NCBI GenBank assembly: GCA_029262695.1
Contig: JAJCYV010000027.1
Location: forward strand, 811 to 64,810
Length of the DNA stretch: 64,000 bases
DNA from: Chloroflexota bacterium
GTDB taxonomy: Bacteria > Chloroflexota > Dehalococcoidia > SM23-28-2 > RBG-16-64-32
Direction: 5' to 3'
A program made the position numbers and the translations under genes. The notes below the pieces were generated by a model. It did no database searches. It was not told the DNA's origin and saw nothing but the letters and a program-made list of their open reading frames with translations. Of the stretch, positions 9,675-19,503 are shown in pieces; position 1 is the first letter of the stretch; every line of letters starts with the position of its first letter.

Positions 9675-10406
9675 ATGCGATCTCTTCTCGTCGTTCTGCT
9701 CGTCGCGTTCGCCGTCCTCCTCGCCGCCTGTGGCGATACGACCACGGCCCCGAACTCCTCAGCGACGCCGACGATCGATTTCGCGTCGGAGGCGCGGCGG
9801 CTCGTCGGGGGCGCCGTCTTCAGCGCCGAGGACCTGCCGGGCTTCGAGCCGCTGGGTGCGGACGACCTGCAATCGCAGGCCGGTCTCAGCGATGAGTGCG
9901 ACATTTTTGACTCGGGCGTCATCTTCCCGGAGGCAGTCGCGACGGCGGACTCAGGGGCCTATGGGGGCGGCCTCGAGGAACAGCTCGTGAATCTCGCTGG
10001 CGTCTTTCACACGGCCGAGGATGCTAGTGAGGCGCTGGCGGCAACGCGAGAGCTCAGGGACCGCTGCGAAGCTGAGTTCGAGGCTGCAATCGAGCAGGTG
10101 GCCCGCGACTTTCTGAGCCGTCTCGGCATCGACCTCGGCTTCTTCTCCACGATCGACGTTGCGATCACCGACTATGACCCGACGCCGGCCGGCGATGAGA
10201 TCACCGCCTACCGGATGCAGGTGACCGTGAACCTCGTCCTCACGCGCCAGCAGTACAACCTGCACGCGGTAGTCGTCCGGCAGGGAAGGGTTGCGGGCGC
10301 GCTCCTGTATGGACGCCTGGGTCAGCTTAACGATAACACCGAGGCGGAGCTTATAGAGCTGATGGCAGGTAAGCTGTCAGCAGTGAACGCGTCGCTACCG
10401 GAGTAA
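9675..10406 (+). CDS. hypothetical lipoprotein
   Basis: The ORF track extends to 8766, but the in-frame ATG 9675 gives MRSLLVVLLVAFAVLLAACGD, a signal peptide with a lipobox-type LAAC. No known domain was recognised. Confidence 0.55.
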   Translation: MRSLLVVLLVAFAVLLAACGDTTTAPNSSATPTIDFASEARRLVGGAVFSAEDLPGFEPLGADDLQSQAGLSDECDIFDSGVIFPEAVATADSGAYGGGLEEQLVNLAGVFHTAEDASEALAATRELRDRCEAEFEAAIEQVARDFLSRLGIDLGFFSTIDVAITDYDPTPAGDEITAYRMQVTVNLVLTRQQYNLHAVVVRQGRVAGALLYGRLGQLNDNTEAELIELMAGKLSAVNASLPE

Positions 10407-10472
10407 CCGCTGGAGTACGAGACTGCCGCAACAGTATCGACCGCCGCCTGGCTGCGGCGGTCGATTCCGTAT

Positions 10473-11468
10473 GTGCGGTACGTCGCCCAGCTGGCGATCG
10501 CGGCGGCGCTGCTGGGGCTCCTCCTCTGGCGAGTCGATTTCGCCTCAGTGCGGGACGAGCTTTCCGGCGCGACGTTATGGTGGTTGCCTCTGGCGATCGC
10601 CGCCAACCTGGTCTCGGACTACTTTCGGGCGATTCGCTGGCGGCAGTTCTTCCTGCCGATGAAGGCGGTCGGCGTGCGCTTCCTCTGGGGCGTTGCGATC
10701 CTTGGCGTCGCCTGCAACCTTGCGCTGCCGCTGCGCGCCGGCGAGTTCGTGCGCATGCAGGTCCTGCGCCGCCGCACCGGCCTGGAGCTGGCGCAGGTCG
10801 TCGCTACCCTCGTCTCCGAGAAGCTGTTGGACACGGTGGCGTTCAGCGCGTTCCTCGTAATCGGCCTGCTGGCGTTTCCAGAGGCGCGCTACCTGTGGCC
10901 GCTGGCGGCCATGTACGTTGCGCTCCTCGTGGTGGGTGTCGTCGGCGCGCGCTGGCTGTCGTCGAATATGAACGAGGGCCCGCTGGCGACGCAGCCAGAG
11001 GGACGCTGGCGTCTTCGGATCGCCGAGCAGGCGCGCTCCTTCAGCAGCGGCCTGAAGTCGTTCCGCAGCAGGCGATCGCTGCTTATCGTCTCCGCCTGCT
11101 CTCTCGCCGCGTGGTTATGCGAGGCGACGATGTACTGGGCGGCCGGCGAATCGCTGGGACTCGGTCTGAGCCCGGCGTTCTACCTGCTCCTGGTTGTGGC
11201 CGCGACAGTCGCCGTCTCGGTGCCGATCACGCAGGCGGGTCTCGGCGTCTACGAAGTCGCGCTGACGAGCCTGCTCGTGGCGTTCGACGTCGACAAGTCG
11301 CAGGCGGCCGCGTTCGCCATCTATGCCCACGCGATCCTCGCGGTGCCGTATCTCATGACCGGCCCGCTGGCGGCGTTCGCGATGCGCATCAGCCCGCGCG
11401 ACGTGCTCTTCCTGCGGAGCGGCCGCGGCGCCACGGATGAAGAGCAGACGGCGCCCGCTACCGGCTAA
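10473..11468 (+). CDS. flippase-like / UPF0104 (lysylphosphatidylglycerol-synthase TM-region-like) membrane protein
   Basis: 331 aa with 7-8 TM helices. The N-terminal pattern LLGLLLWRVDFASVRDELSGATLWWLPLAIAANLVSDYFRAIRW is characteristic of the UPF0104/flippase-like domain. Confidence 0.65.
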   Translation: MRYVAQLAIAAALLGLLLWRVDFASVRDELSGATLWWLPLAIAANLVSDYFRAIRWRQFFLPMKAVGVRFLWGVAILGVACNLALPLRAGEFVRMQVLRRRTGLELAQVVATLVSEKLLDTVAFSAFLVIGLLAFPEARYLWPLAAMYVALLVVGVVGARWLSSNMNEGPLATQPEGRWRLRIAEQARSFSSGLKSFRSRRSLLIVSACSLAAWLCEATMYWAAGESLGLGLSPAFYLLLVVAATVAVSVPITQAGLGVYEVALTSLLVAFDVDKSQAAAFAIYAHAILAVPYLMTGPLAAFAMRISPRDVLFLRSGRGATDEEQTAPATG

Positions 11469-11477
11469 CGCCGCGGT

Positions 11478-12329
11478 TCACGCGTAGACGCAGACCACAC
11501 GATCGCGTCCGGCGAGGTCGGGCCGGATCTGAACCTTCGCGGCGGGGAACGCCTCTTCGGCCAGCGACTGCGCGGTCGCGCCCTGGCGGTCGCCGATCTC
11601 TGCGAAGAGCGCGCCGTTTTGGGCCAGCTTTTCGGGCGCCTGCAACAGGAGCTTCCGGATGTAGCGAAGGCCGTCGGCGCCGCCGTCCAGAGCGCGCCGG
11701 GGCTCCCATTCACGGATCTCCGGCGGTGTTGCCAGCCAGTCCCCTGTCGTCACGTACGGCAGGTTTGAGGCGATGATCTCGACGCGTGCGGCCACGGGAC
11801 CGAGGGTGTCGCCCTCGACGAAGTCGATGCGTGCGGCCACGCCGTGCCGCTCGGCGTTGCGGCGGGCCAGCGCCAGGGCGCGCTTCGACACGTCCGTCGC
11901 GATGACGCGCGCCTCCGGCAGCTCATACGCGAGCGCGACGGCGATCACGCCTGAGCCTGCTCCCACATCCGCGGTCGTGAAGCGCTTGTCCGGGTAGCGG
12001 TCGCGCGCGAAGTCGATGGCGAGCTGGACGAGTGTCTCGGTCTCCGGCCGCGGGATCAGGGCGGAGCGGGAGATCTCGAACTCCAGCCCGAAGAACTCCT
12101 TGTGGCCGACGATGTAGGGCGTCGGCTCGTGCGTCAGCCGCCGGTCGAGGAGGCGCCGGTAGTGGCCGCCGGCGCGGACGGGCAGTTCGTCCTGCAGGCG
12201 CTCGTAAAGGTGCACGCGGTCTATCTTGAGGGCGTGCATGAGGAGCAGTTCGGCTTCCAGGCGCGCTTCGTCGCTGCCGCTGCTCTGAATGAGGCGCGCT
12301 CCCTGGCGCAGCGCCTCTGAGACGGTCAC
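11478..12329 (-). CDS. prmC: release-factor glutamine N5-methyltransferase
   Basis: 283 aa. The SAM motif DVGAGSGVIAV and the substrate motif NLPYV (NPPY family) are present. It is translationally coupled to prfA: prmC starts at 12329 and prfA ends at 12326. Confidence 0.85.
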   Translation of the reverse strand: MTVSEALRQGARLIQSSGSDEARLEAELLLMHALKIDRVHLYERLQDELPVRAGGHYRRLLDRRLTHEPTPYIVGHKEFFGLEFEISRSALIPRPETETLVQLAIDFARDRYPDKRFTTADVGAGSGVIAVALAYELPEARVIATDVSKRALALARRNAERHGVAARIDFVEGDTLGPVAARVEIIASNLPYVTTGDWLATPPEIREWEPRRALDGGADGLRYIRKLLLQAPEKLAQNGALFAEIGDRQGATAQSLAEEAFPAAKVQIRPDLAGRDRVVCVYA

Positions 12330-13423
12330 GCTCCTCCGATCGCGGACGCCTCCATCAGCTCTTGTTGCTCCTGCTGCTGGAGCGTCTCGATGACGTCGTC
12401 CAGATCGCCGTCGAGGAGTCCCGGCAGGTTGTGCCGGGTGTAGCCGACGCGGTGGTCCGTCATCCGGTCCTGCGGGAAGTTGTACGTGCGGATCTTTTCC
12501 GCACGGTCCCCGGAGCCGACCTGCGTACGTCGCTCGGACTCAATCTTCGAGCGCTGCTCACGCTGCTTGACGTCGAGGAGCCGGGCACGGAGGACGGCCA
12601 TCGCCTTCGTCCGGTTCTTGAGCTGGGAGCGCTCGTCCTGGCAGGTGGCGACAATACCGGTGGGGATGTGCGTGAGGCGCACGGCGTTGTCGTTCTTCTG
12701 GACGTTCTGGCCGCCCGCGCCGCCGGCGTTGAACGTGTCGAGGCGCAGGTCCTTGGGGTCGATATCGATGTCGACTTCGGCGGCTTCCGGGAGGACGGCG
12801 ACGGTGGCCGTCGAAGTGTGGATGCGGCCCTGAGTCTCGGTCTCCGGGACGCGCTGGACGCGGTGGACGCCGCTCTCGTACTTGAGCCGGCTGTAGGCGC
12901 CGGCGCCGTGCACCGCGAAGACGATCTCCTTGAATCCGCCGGTGTCGCTCCCTTGGGCGTCGAGCACTTCGGTCTTCCAGCCCTGGCGCTCCGCGTAGCG
13001 GCTGTACATGCGGAAGATGTCGCCGGTGAAGAGCTTGGCTTCGTCGCCGCCGGCGGCGCCGCGCACCTCGACGATGACGTTCTTCTCGTCGAACGGGTCC
13101 TTCGGGATCAGCGCAACGCGGAGTTCTTCTTCGAGTTCGGCGACGCGCTTTTCGTCCTTTTCGATGTCCTCACGCGCCAGCGCGACGAAGTCATCGTCGC
13201 CCCCTTCGGCGACGATGTCGCGCGCCTGTGCGAGGTTCTGCTCCACCGCGCGGTACTCGTCGGCGAGCTGGACGATCTTGCCCAGCGCCGTGTGCTCGCG
13301 GGCGAGCACCTCCACCCGCTCGTAGTCGTTGACGACTTCCGGGCGGGTGAGATCGGCGGCAAGCTCTTTGTGCCGGGCGCGAATTGAGCCGAGTTTATCC
13401 CACATCTTGTTACTCTCAGACAT
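12326..13423 (-). CDS. prfA: peptide chain release factor 1
   Basis: 365 aa. The GGQ motif is AGGAGGQNVQK. The RF1-type tripeptide region is RVPETETQGRIHTS, the PxT class. Confidence 0.9.
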   Translation of the reverse strand: MSESNKMWDKLGSIRARHKELAADLTRPEVVNDYERVEVLAREHTALGKIVQLADEYRAVEQNLAQARDIVAEGGDDDFVALAREDIEKDEKRVAELEEELRVALIPKDPFDEKNVIVEVRGAAGGDEAKLFTGDIFRMYSRYAERQGWKTEVLDAQGSDTGGFKEIVFAVHGAGAYSRLKYESGVHRVQRVPETETQGRIHTSTATVAVLPEAAEVDIDIDPKDLRLDTFNAGGAGGQNVQKNDNAVRLTHIPTGIVATCQDERSQLKNRTKAMAVLRARLLDVKQREQRSKIESERRTQVGSGDRAEKIRTYNFPQDRMTDHRVGYTRHNLPGLLDGDLDDVIETLQQQEQQELMEASAIGGA

Positions 13424-13511
13424 GCACAGGGGCCCCGTTCGGGGCCCATCACCTGGATTGTATCACCGGCGGGCGGCTGTGACGGCTGTCTGAAGCGGGT
13501 CTGAGGGGCGG

Positions 13512-14771
13512 CTACGGCCGGACGCGCGAGGCGACATCGCCCATCGGCACCGTCTCCTGGGAGCCATCGGCCAGTCGCTTGAGGGTGACGCTATTGGCTT
13601 CGAGTTCGCGGTCGCCGATGATCGCGGCGTAGGCAGCCTGGAGCGAGCCCGCGTGGCGCATCTGCGCCTTTAGCGAGCGGTCGCTGTCACCAACGACCGC
13701 CGAAAGGCCGGCGCGGCGCAGGTCGGAGGCTAACTTAAACGCGAAAACGCGCGCCGCCGCTGAAGCGCAGACGACGAATACGGCCAGCCGTGCGGCGTCG
13801 GGCAGGTTGACGTTCTGGCGTTTCATGTTGAGGATGATCCGCTCGATCCCCGTCGCGAAGCCGACGCCCGGCGTCGGGTTACCGCCGATCTGCTCGATCA
13901 GGCCGTCGTAGCGCCCACCGGCACCGACTGTGCTCTGGCCGCCTTCCTCCACTGGCTGCACCTCGTAAACGGTGCGGGTGTAGTAGTCCAGGCCGCGCAC
14001 GAGGCGCGGGTTGACGACGTGGGGGATTCCGAGCGACTCGACATAACCTCTCACCTGCGAAAAGTGATCGCCGCAGGCTTCGCAGAGGTAGTCGGTAAGC
14101 GCGGGCGCGCCGGCGACGGCGTCCTGGCACTCGGCGTTCTTGCAGTCGAGCAGGCGCAGCGGGTTACGCTCGACGCGCGCCTGGCAGTCACGGCAGACGC
14201 GGTCCAGCTTGTCGGAATAGTAGGCGCGCAGGGCCTCGAGATAGCGCGGGCGGCATTCGGCGTCGCCGATCGAGTTCAGGTTGAGTGTGAGACCGGTGAG
14301 GCCGAGATTCTCGTACAACCGCCAGAGGACCTCGATCGTCTCAGTGTCCACGGAGGGCGAGGCGTCACCGATCGCCTCGATACCGAACTGGTGGTGCTGG
14401 CGATAGCGTCCGGCCTGGGGGCGGTCGTAACGGAAGATCGGCGTGATGTAGAAGAGGCGCACCGGCTGCGGCTGGTTGTGCATGCCGTGCTCGATGTAGG
14501 CGCGGCAAACGGGTGCGGTCCCTTCGGGGCGCAGGGCCAGCTCCTGGTCGCCCCGGTCCTGGAACACGTACATCTCCTTCTGGACGATGTCCGTGGTGTC
14601 GCCGACGGTGCGTTTGAACAGCGCTACGTCCTCGAACATCGGCGTGTCGATCTGAGTGTAGCGGAACTCCCCGCATAGCTTCTCGGCCGTATCGCGCACG
14701 TAGTCCCACCACGGTTGCTCATCGGGGAGGATGTCCTGTGTGCCGCGCGGGGCCTGGATGTCTGGCGCCAT
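13512..14771 (-). CDS. hisS: histidine--tRNA ligase
   Basis: The ORF track runs to 15077. The true start is ATG 14771 (MAPDIQAPRGTQD…), giving 420 aa. Class-II aaRS/HisRS motifs are present (…RYDRPQAGRYRQHHQFG…). The upstream extension overlaps the divergent relA promoter and is rejected. Confidence 0.9.
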   Translation of the reverse strand: MAPDIQAPRGTQDILPDEQPWWDYVRDTAEKLCGEFRYTQIDTPMFEDVALFKRTVGDTTDIVQKEMYVFQDRGDQELALRPEGTAPVCRAYIEHGMHNQPQPVRLFYITPIFRYDRPQAGRYRQHHQFGIEAIGDASPSVDTETIEVLWRLYENLGLTGLTLNLNSIGDAECRPRYLEALRAYYSDKLDRVCRDCQARVERNPLRLLDCKNAECQDAVAGAPALTDYLCEACGDHFSQVRGYVESLGIPHVVNPRLVRGLDYYTRTVYEVQPVEEGGQSTVGAGGRYDGLIEQIGGNPTPGVGFATGIERIILNMKRQNVNLPDAARLAVFVVCASAAARVFAFKLASDLRRAGLSAVVGDSDRSLKAQMRHAGSLQAAYAAIIGDRELEANSVTLKRLADGSQETVPMGDVASRVRP

Positions 14772-14843
14772 GGGACGAGGATAGCAGCGCGGGCCCGCTA
14801 GTGGCAGCCGAGGGGAGGCGCCGGTGCTAAACTTGAAGATCAG

Positions 14844-17045
14844 ATGACGATTGCTGACGAGGAGAAGCTGGGGCAGCCGCTCCTTGACCGGGTGGCCGAG
14901 TATCTGCCGGCCAAGGGGCAAGAGCTGGTGCGCAGCGCTCTGCAGTTCGCGACCGAGTCGCACGCCGGCCAGGTGCGCAAGACCGGCGATCCCGTCATCA
15001 CACATCCCCTCGCGGCGGCCGAGGCGATCGCTGAGCTTCAGCTGGACGCCGCGACGATCGCCGGGGCGCTGCTGCACGACGTGCAGGAAGATTGCGACGT
15101 CGACAACACTGAGATCGAGAAGCGCTTCGGACCTGAAGTTGCGCTAATGGTCGAAGGCGTCACGAAGCTCGGACAGATATCCGGGCAGGCGGCGGACACT
15201 GACGTGCCCGACCAGCGGATGCAGGCGGAGAACCTGCGGAAGATGTTCCTGGCGATGGCCCAGGACCTGCGCGTTGTCATCATCAAGCTGGCCGACCGCC
15301 TGCATAACATGCGCACTCTGTGGGGTCTGGAACGTGACGACCAGGTGCGCATCGCCCGCGAGACGATGGAGATCTACGCACCGCTGGCGGCGCGGCTGGG
15401 CATCTGGGAGATCAAGTGGCAGCTGGAAGACCTGGCGTTTCGTCACCTCCACCCGGAGACGTATAAACGCGTCGCTCAGATGCTCGACTCCAAGCGCGGG
15501 GCGCGCGAGCAGCACGTGAAGGAAGTGAAGAAGGTCCTGGAGAAGGAGTTATCGAAGAACGGCGTCCAGGCCGAGGTGCAGGGGCGCGCGAAACACATCT
15601 ACAGCATCTACGAGAAGATGGAGAAGTATGCGGGAGAAGGCCGCAGTGTCGACGAAATCTACGATCTGCTCGCCGTTCGCGTGCTCGTTGCGTCGGAGGG
15701 CGACTGCTACAAGGCTCTGGGCGTCGTGCATGGCCTGTGGCGCCCGCTTCCTGGTACGTTCGACGACTACATTGCGATGCCAAAGGAGAGCATGTACCAG
15801 TCGCTGCACACGACGGTGATGGCGCTCCAGACTCAGCCGCTCGAAGTGCAGATCCGGACGCATGAGATGCACCACTCGGCCGAGTACGGCATTGCGTCCC
15901 ACTGGCGTTACAAGGAGGGCTCGAAGCGTGACAGCCTCTACGAGGAGCGGCTGGCCTGGATCCGCCAGCTAATGGACTGGCAGCGGGAGATCTCGCAGGC
16001 CGAGGAGTGGGTCGAGGCGATAAAGACGGACGTCTTCCAGGACCAGGTGTTCGTCTTTACGCCACGTGGCGAGATCAAGGATATGCCTTCCGGAGCGACG
16101 CCGCTCGACTTTGCCTACCGGATCCACACGGATCTCGGGCACCTCTGCGTCGGCGCCAAGGTAAACGGCAAGCTGGTCTCCCTGAACTACCCGCTCAAGA
16201 ACGGTGATGTGATCGAAATCCTCACCAGCAAGTCGTCGAAGGGGCCGTCGCGCGACTGGATGAACCAGAACCTGGGCTATTTGCGCACCTCGCACGGCCG
16301 CGAGAAGGTGCGGCAGTGGTTCAAGCGCCAGGAACGCGCAGAAAACATCGCGCGAGGCAAGGAGATGCTGGAACGCGAGATGGCGCGACTGGGCACGAGC
16401 CTGCCGGAGATGCAGGCCGAGCTGCTGCGCATCTTCAAGTTCGAGGACAACGAGGACTTCTACCTCCGTGTGGGATACGGCGAGATCAGCACTCAACACG
16501 TCGCCAACAAGATCGCCTCGCTGATCCAGGAGACGGAGGAAGTGCCGGAAGTCAAGGCTCCGGCCGAGCGGACGTACACTTCGAACATCCGCGTGCTGGG
16601 AACGGGCGACTTGCTGACGCGGCTTTCGCGCTGCTGCAACCCGGTCCCGGGCGATGAGATTATCGGCTACGTTACCCGCGGCGAAGGTGTCTCCGTTCAC
16701 CGGCGCGACTGCCCGAACGTGCTGCACGAGGACGAGACGGAGAGGCTCATCGCCGTCGAGTGGGGTCAGCGTGGGCAGATGTACCCGGTGGCGGTGCACA
16801 TCGAGGCCTGGGACCGCGTTGGGCTCCTGCGCGACGTGGCGACGCTGGTGGCGGAGGAGGCTGTGAACATGGTCGGTGTCCACACGCAAGAAAGGGACGG
16901 GGAAGACGGCCACATCACGATCTTTATGACGCTGGAGACGACGGGTGTCGAGCAGCTCTCGCGGATGCTCAACAGGCTAGAAGCGATCCGCGGAGTGCTA
17001 TCGGTCAGCAGGCGCGGCGGCGGCGGCGCGCGCAGCAAGAGCTAG
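14844..17045 (+). CDS. relA: bifunctional (p)ppGpp synthetase/hydrolase RelA/SpoT
   Basis: 733 aa. The HD hydrolase domain (…HDVQEDCDVD…) is present, followed by the synthetase domain and the TGS and ACT C-terminal domains. Confidence 0.9.
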   Translation: MTIADEEKLGQPLLDRVAEYLPAKGQELVRSALQFATESHAGQVRKTGDPVITHPLAAAEAIAELQLDAATIAGALLHDVQEDCDVDNTEIEKRFGPEVALMVEGVTKLGQISGQAADTDVPDQRMQAENLRKMFLAMAQDLRVVIIKLADRLHNMRTLWGLERDDQVRIARETMEIYAPLAARLGIWEIKWQLEDLAFRHLHPETYKRVAQMLDSKRGAREQHVKEVKKVLEKELSKNGVQAEVQGRAKHIYSIYEKMEKYAGEGRSVDEIYDLLAVRVLVASEGDCYKALGVVHGLWRPLPGTFDDYIAMPKESMYQSLHTTVMALQTQPLEVQIRTHEMHHSAEYGIASHWRYKEGSKRDSLYEERLAWIRQLMDWQREISQAEEWVEAIKTDVFQDQVFVFTPRGEIKDMPSGATPLDFAYRIHTDLGHLCVGAKVNGKLVSLNYPLKNGDVIEILTSKSSKGPSRDWMNQNLGYLRTSHGREKVRQWFKRQERAENIARGKEMLEREMARLGTSLPEMQAELLRIFKFEDNEDFYLRVGYGEISTQHVANKIASLIQETEEVPEVKAPAERTYTSNIRVLGTGDLLTRLSRCCNPVPGDEIIGYVTRGEGVSVHRRDCPNVLHEDETERLIAVEWGQRGQMYPVAVHIEAWDRVGLLRDVATLVAEEAVNMVGVHTQERDGEDGHITIFMTLETTGVEQLSRMLNRLEAIRGVLSVSRRGGGGARSKS

Positions 17046-17085
17046 CAGCCGCACCTGTGCACCAACCAGGCCGGTACTGGCTGGT

Positions 17086-17949
17086 CTAGGCCGATTCGGC
17101 CCGGCGGAAGACCCGGGGAACGGGCGTCAATCCGTCGTTCTCACCGGGGAGCGGGCCGGCCTTGTGCTCGTTCTTCTGGACGTACATGGCGGTGTCGGCC
17201 TGCTGGATCACCTCATCGGCAGTTTCGCCTGCGTCGGGGTACGTAGCGTATCCCAGGGAGGCGCGGACGGTTAGCGTTAGCTCGTTGCGGTCGACGATGT
17301 TGAGTGATGCGAGGCGCTTCTCCAGGCGCGTCGTCAGCACGCCCGCCTGTGTCGCTGGAGTGTCAGGCAGGATGATCGCGAACTCGTCGCCACCGACGCG
17401 GGCCGGAACGTCGCTGGCGCGCGTCTGGCCGAGCAAGAAGCGCCCGACGTTCTCCAACACCTCATCTCCGGCGCGGTGGCCGTGGGTGTCGTTGATCAGC
17501 TTGAGACCGTCGAGGTCCATCGCAATGACGGAGAGCGGACGCTGAAACGCTTTTGCGGTCTCCAGTTCGCGCTCCAGTCGCTCGAAGAAGTAGCGGCGGT
17601 TGAAGAGCTGCGTCAGGTCGTCCTGCATCGCCAGCTTCTCGAGTTCCATGTTGTGCACGAGGAGGCCGAGGCGCAGGCGCTTTTCGGTGGTCACCGCCAT
17701 GTGAACAGTGCGTGCGGCGGCGGCGAAGACGAACGCACCGAGGCCGACCAAAACGATCGTTTCGATCAGGAACGTTGGCGAACCGAAGCTGTGCCCCGTA
17801 ACGATGATGGCCCAACCGACGACAAACAGGCACACGCCGGCGACGCGGAATAGCCACACTTCGCGCTCGGCGCGCTTCTGCTCGTTGGCTGCCGGTTCGC
17901 CCCGGACCTCCAGGGCTCGCGCCGGTGTGAAGTCGCTTGGTTTAGTCAC
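17086..17949 (-). CDS. diguanylate cyclase (GGDEF domain) with N-terminal transmembrane segments
   Basis: 287 aa. The active-site motif is RVGGDEFAIIL, with D/N metal sites in the upstream region (…DLDGLKLINDTHGHRAGD…). Two N-terminal TM helices are present. Confidence 0.85.
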   Translation of the reverse strand: MTKPSDFTPARALEVRGEPAANEQKRAEREVWLFRVAGVCLFVVGWAIIVTGHSFGSPTFLIETIVLVGLGAFVFAAAARTVHMAVTTEKRLRLGLLVHNMELEKLAMQDDLTQLFNRRYFFERLERELETAKAFQRPLSVIAMDLDGLKLINDTHGHRAGDEVLENVGRFLLGQTRASDVPARVGGDEFAIILPDTPATQAGVLTTRLEKRLASLNIVDRNELTLTVRASLGYATYPDAGETADEVIQQADTAMYVQKNEHKAGPLPGENDGLTPVPRVFRRAESA

Positions 17950-18107
17950 TCAGATGCCCCTACTCTGGGCGCCAGCGGAAGTCCGCCGGGCGCACACCCA
18001 ACTGTGAAATAGGACGGCCACGCCATAGCGGCGTTACATCGCGCAGGCACTGAGGGGCGGCGGGTCGCTTGTAGGCGCCTGGAGCCGGGACTTACAATTC
18101 TGGAGGC

Positions 18108-18182
18108 GGGCCCGTAGCTCAAGGGTAGAGCGCCCGGCTCATAACCGGTTGGTTGCAGGTTCGACTCCTGCCGGGCCCACCA
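18108..18182 (+). tRNA. tRNA-Met (anticodon CAT). Elongator type, or tRNA-Ile2 if lysidinylated.
   Basis: I folded the cloverleaf by hand. The acceptor stem GGGCCCG/CGGGCCC has a G1:C72 pair, so it is not the initiator. The D-arm is GCTC…GAGC. The anticodon loop is CTCATAA. The T-arm is GCAGGTTCGACTCCTGC, followed by discriminator A and an encoded CCA. Confidence 0.85.
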
Positions 18183-18825
18183 CACGATGACCGGCAGCGG
18201 TTAGCAGGTACGCGACAGGCTCAATCTCTCCTTCAGCGAAAGGAGTGGCACGGCGCCAACAGCGACCGGTTTTCCGGCTCGCATTCGGGGGTTCGAGCGA
18301 GCGTTCACAGTCGAGGGCTTGTGTGCCCGCGAACCATCAGTAACTAGTTGGGCGACGCGATGAGTGGCCCGTAACGTCGAAGGATGTCCTGTCGGGAACG
18401 CCAGGATGAACGGCGTCGTATCAGGGTCAACGGCTTTGTTTCGCCCCTCGCCGGTCTACTCCACTTCGGCGCTCGGACCCAGTCCGGCGCTCGGGGAGCG
18501 GGGTCCTTGGCTTGTCCTCGCCGCTTCTGCGGTCGGGTTCTCCGCGACGGTCTCGTGTGCCTCTGCGCTTCGGAGCATCACCCATGCATCTCTCGCCCTT
18601 CTCCGCGCCCCCTCAGTTCCCGTTTCATTCCAGTATATGTGCAACCCTGCCGTCGCTCCAGACGGGCGCGTTGTCCGGCGAGATTCGTTGCCACGCTGAT
18701 GAGACGTGGCGATCGCTTCCAGCCCCGGTACCGTTGGGGCACCGACGATTCGGGGCTTTGAGGTGCTGCCGGGACGTAACGAAAATCCCGATGCCGTCGT
18801 CAAAGATATCGACGGGGTAATCGGA

Positions 18826-18861
18826 GAGGCTGGAGATGGTGAGACCACTATCTCCAGCCTC
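18826..18861 (+). terminator. perfect 12-bp stem-loop (GAGGCTGGAGAT-N12-ATCTCCAGCCTC) with no U-tract, 57 nt upstream of the NUDIX start
   Basis: Inverted repeat read directly from the sequence. It could be an attenuator, a terminator or part of a structured RNA. Its function is unknown. Confidence 0.3.
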
Positions 18862-18918
18862 TCTTCAGAAGACGACGTCGGCGACTCAGGGTGACGCGTC
18901 AAGCGCGACTCAGCTAAG

Positions 18919-19503
18919 ATGTCATTACTCATGCGATCCGAAGAACTGGTCGAGAAGCTCGAAGCTGCGCTTGCGGACTACAACCCGCGCCGCATCGACA
19001 ACCCGGCAGCATCGCCGGCTGCGGTGCTTCTCCTGGTCAGGTCCGTGAACAAGGAACCCCACGTCGTCTTCACGGAGCGCACGAGCAACGTCGAACACCA
19101 CAAGGGCCAAATCTGCTTCCCCGGCGGCGGTATGACCGATGCCGACCCGACTGCGGAGGCGACTGCGCTGCGCGAGACGTTCGAAGAGATCGGCGTCAAG
19201 ACGGAGCATGTGCGGATCATTGGCCAGCTCGACGACATGGTCACCGTCAGTGCCTTCCGGGTGTCGCCGTTCGTGGGCGTTTTTGAGCACGACCCTGAGT
19301 ATCAGTACTCGACCTGCGACGTCGAGGTTGCGCAGGTGATAGAGGTGCCGTTCAGTTTCCTTCTGGAAGAGGGAAGCATGGAGCTGGAAGTCCGCGAGCA
19401 CGGCGGCCGGGAAGTGCTCGTCCCGTCTTTCTCGTACGAGGGGCACCGCATTTGGGGCGCCACCGCCCGCATGCTCCACCAGCTGATAGAGCTAGTGCGC
19501 TAG
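18919..19503 (+). CDS. NUDIX hydrolase, CoA-pyrophosphatase-like
   Basis: 194 aa. The Nudix box is GGGMTDADPTAEATALRETFEEIGV (GX5EX7REUXEEXGU pattern). The N-terminal …LLLV…EPHVVFTER… is typical of NudL-type CoA pyrophosphatases. Confidence 0.8.
   Translation: MSLLMRSEELVEKLEAALADYNPRRIDNPAASPAAVLLLVRSVNKEPHVVFTERTSNVEHHKGQICFPGGGMTDADPTAEATALRETFEEIGVKTEHVRIIGQLDDMVTVSAFRVSPFVGVFEHDPEYQYSTCDVEVAQVIEVPFSFLLEEGSMELEVREHGGREVLVPSFSYEGHRIWGATARMLHQLIELVR

Noticed and set aside
13429-13447. GGGGCCCC-GTTC-GGGGCCC hairpin between hisS and prfA
   Set aside because: It could be a hisS terminator, but it lies only 6 nt from the prfA start codon and lacks a U-tract. Its function is ambiguous, so it is not annotated.
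14772-15077. N-terminal extension of the hisS ORF
   Set aside because: Homology to HisRS starts at MAPDIQAPRGTQD (ATG 14771). The extension overlaps the relA start region.
18183-18918. Considered RNase P RNA, tmRNA or SRP RNA for the long non-coding stretch after tRNA-Met
   Set aside because: I could not find the conserved RNase P P4 (…AGGAAAGUCCGG…) or GGUAAGAGCGCACC elements, a tmRNA tag reading frame with a tRNA-like end, or the SRP domain IV motif. It is left as an unexplained candidate ncRNA in the findings.
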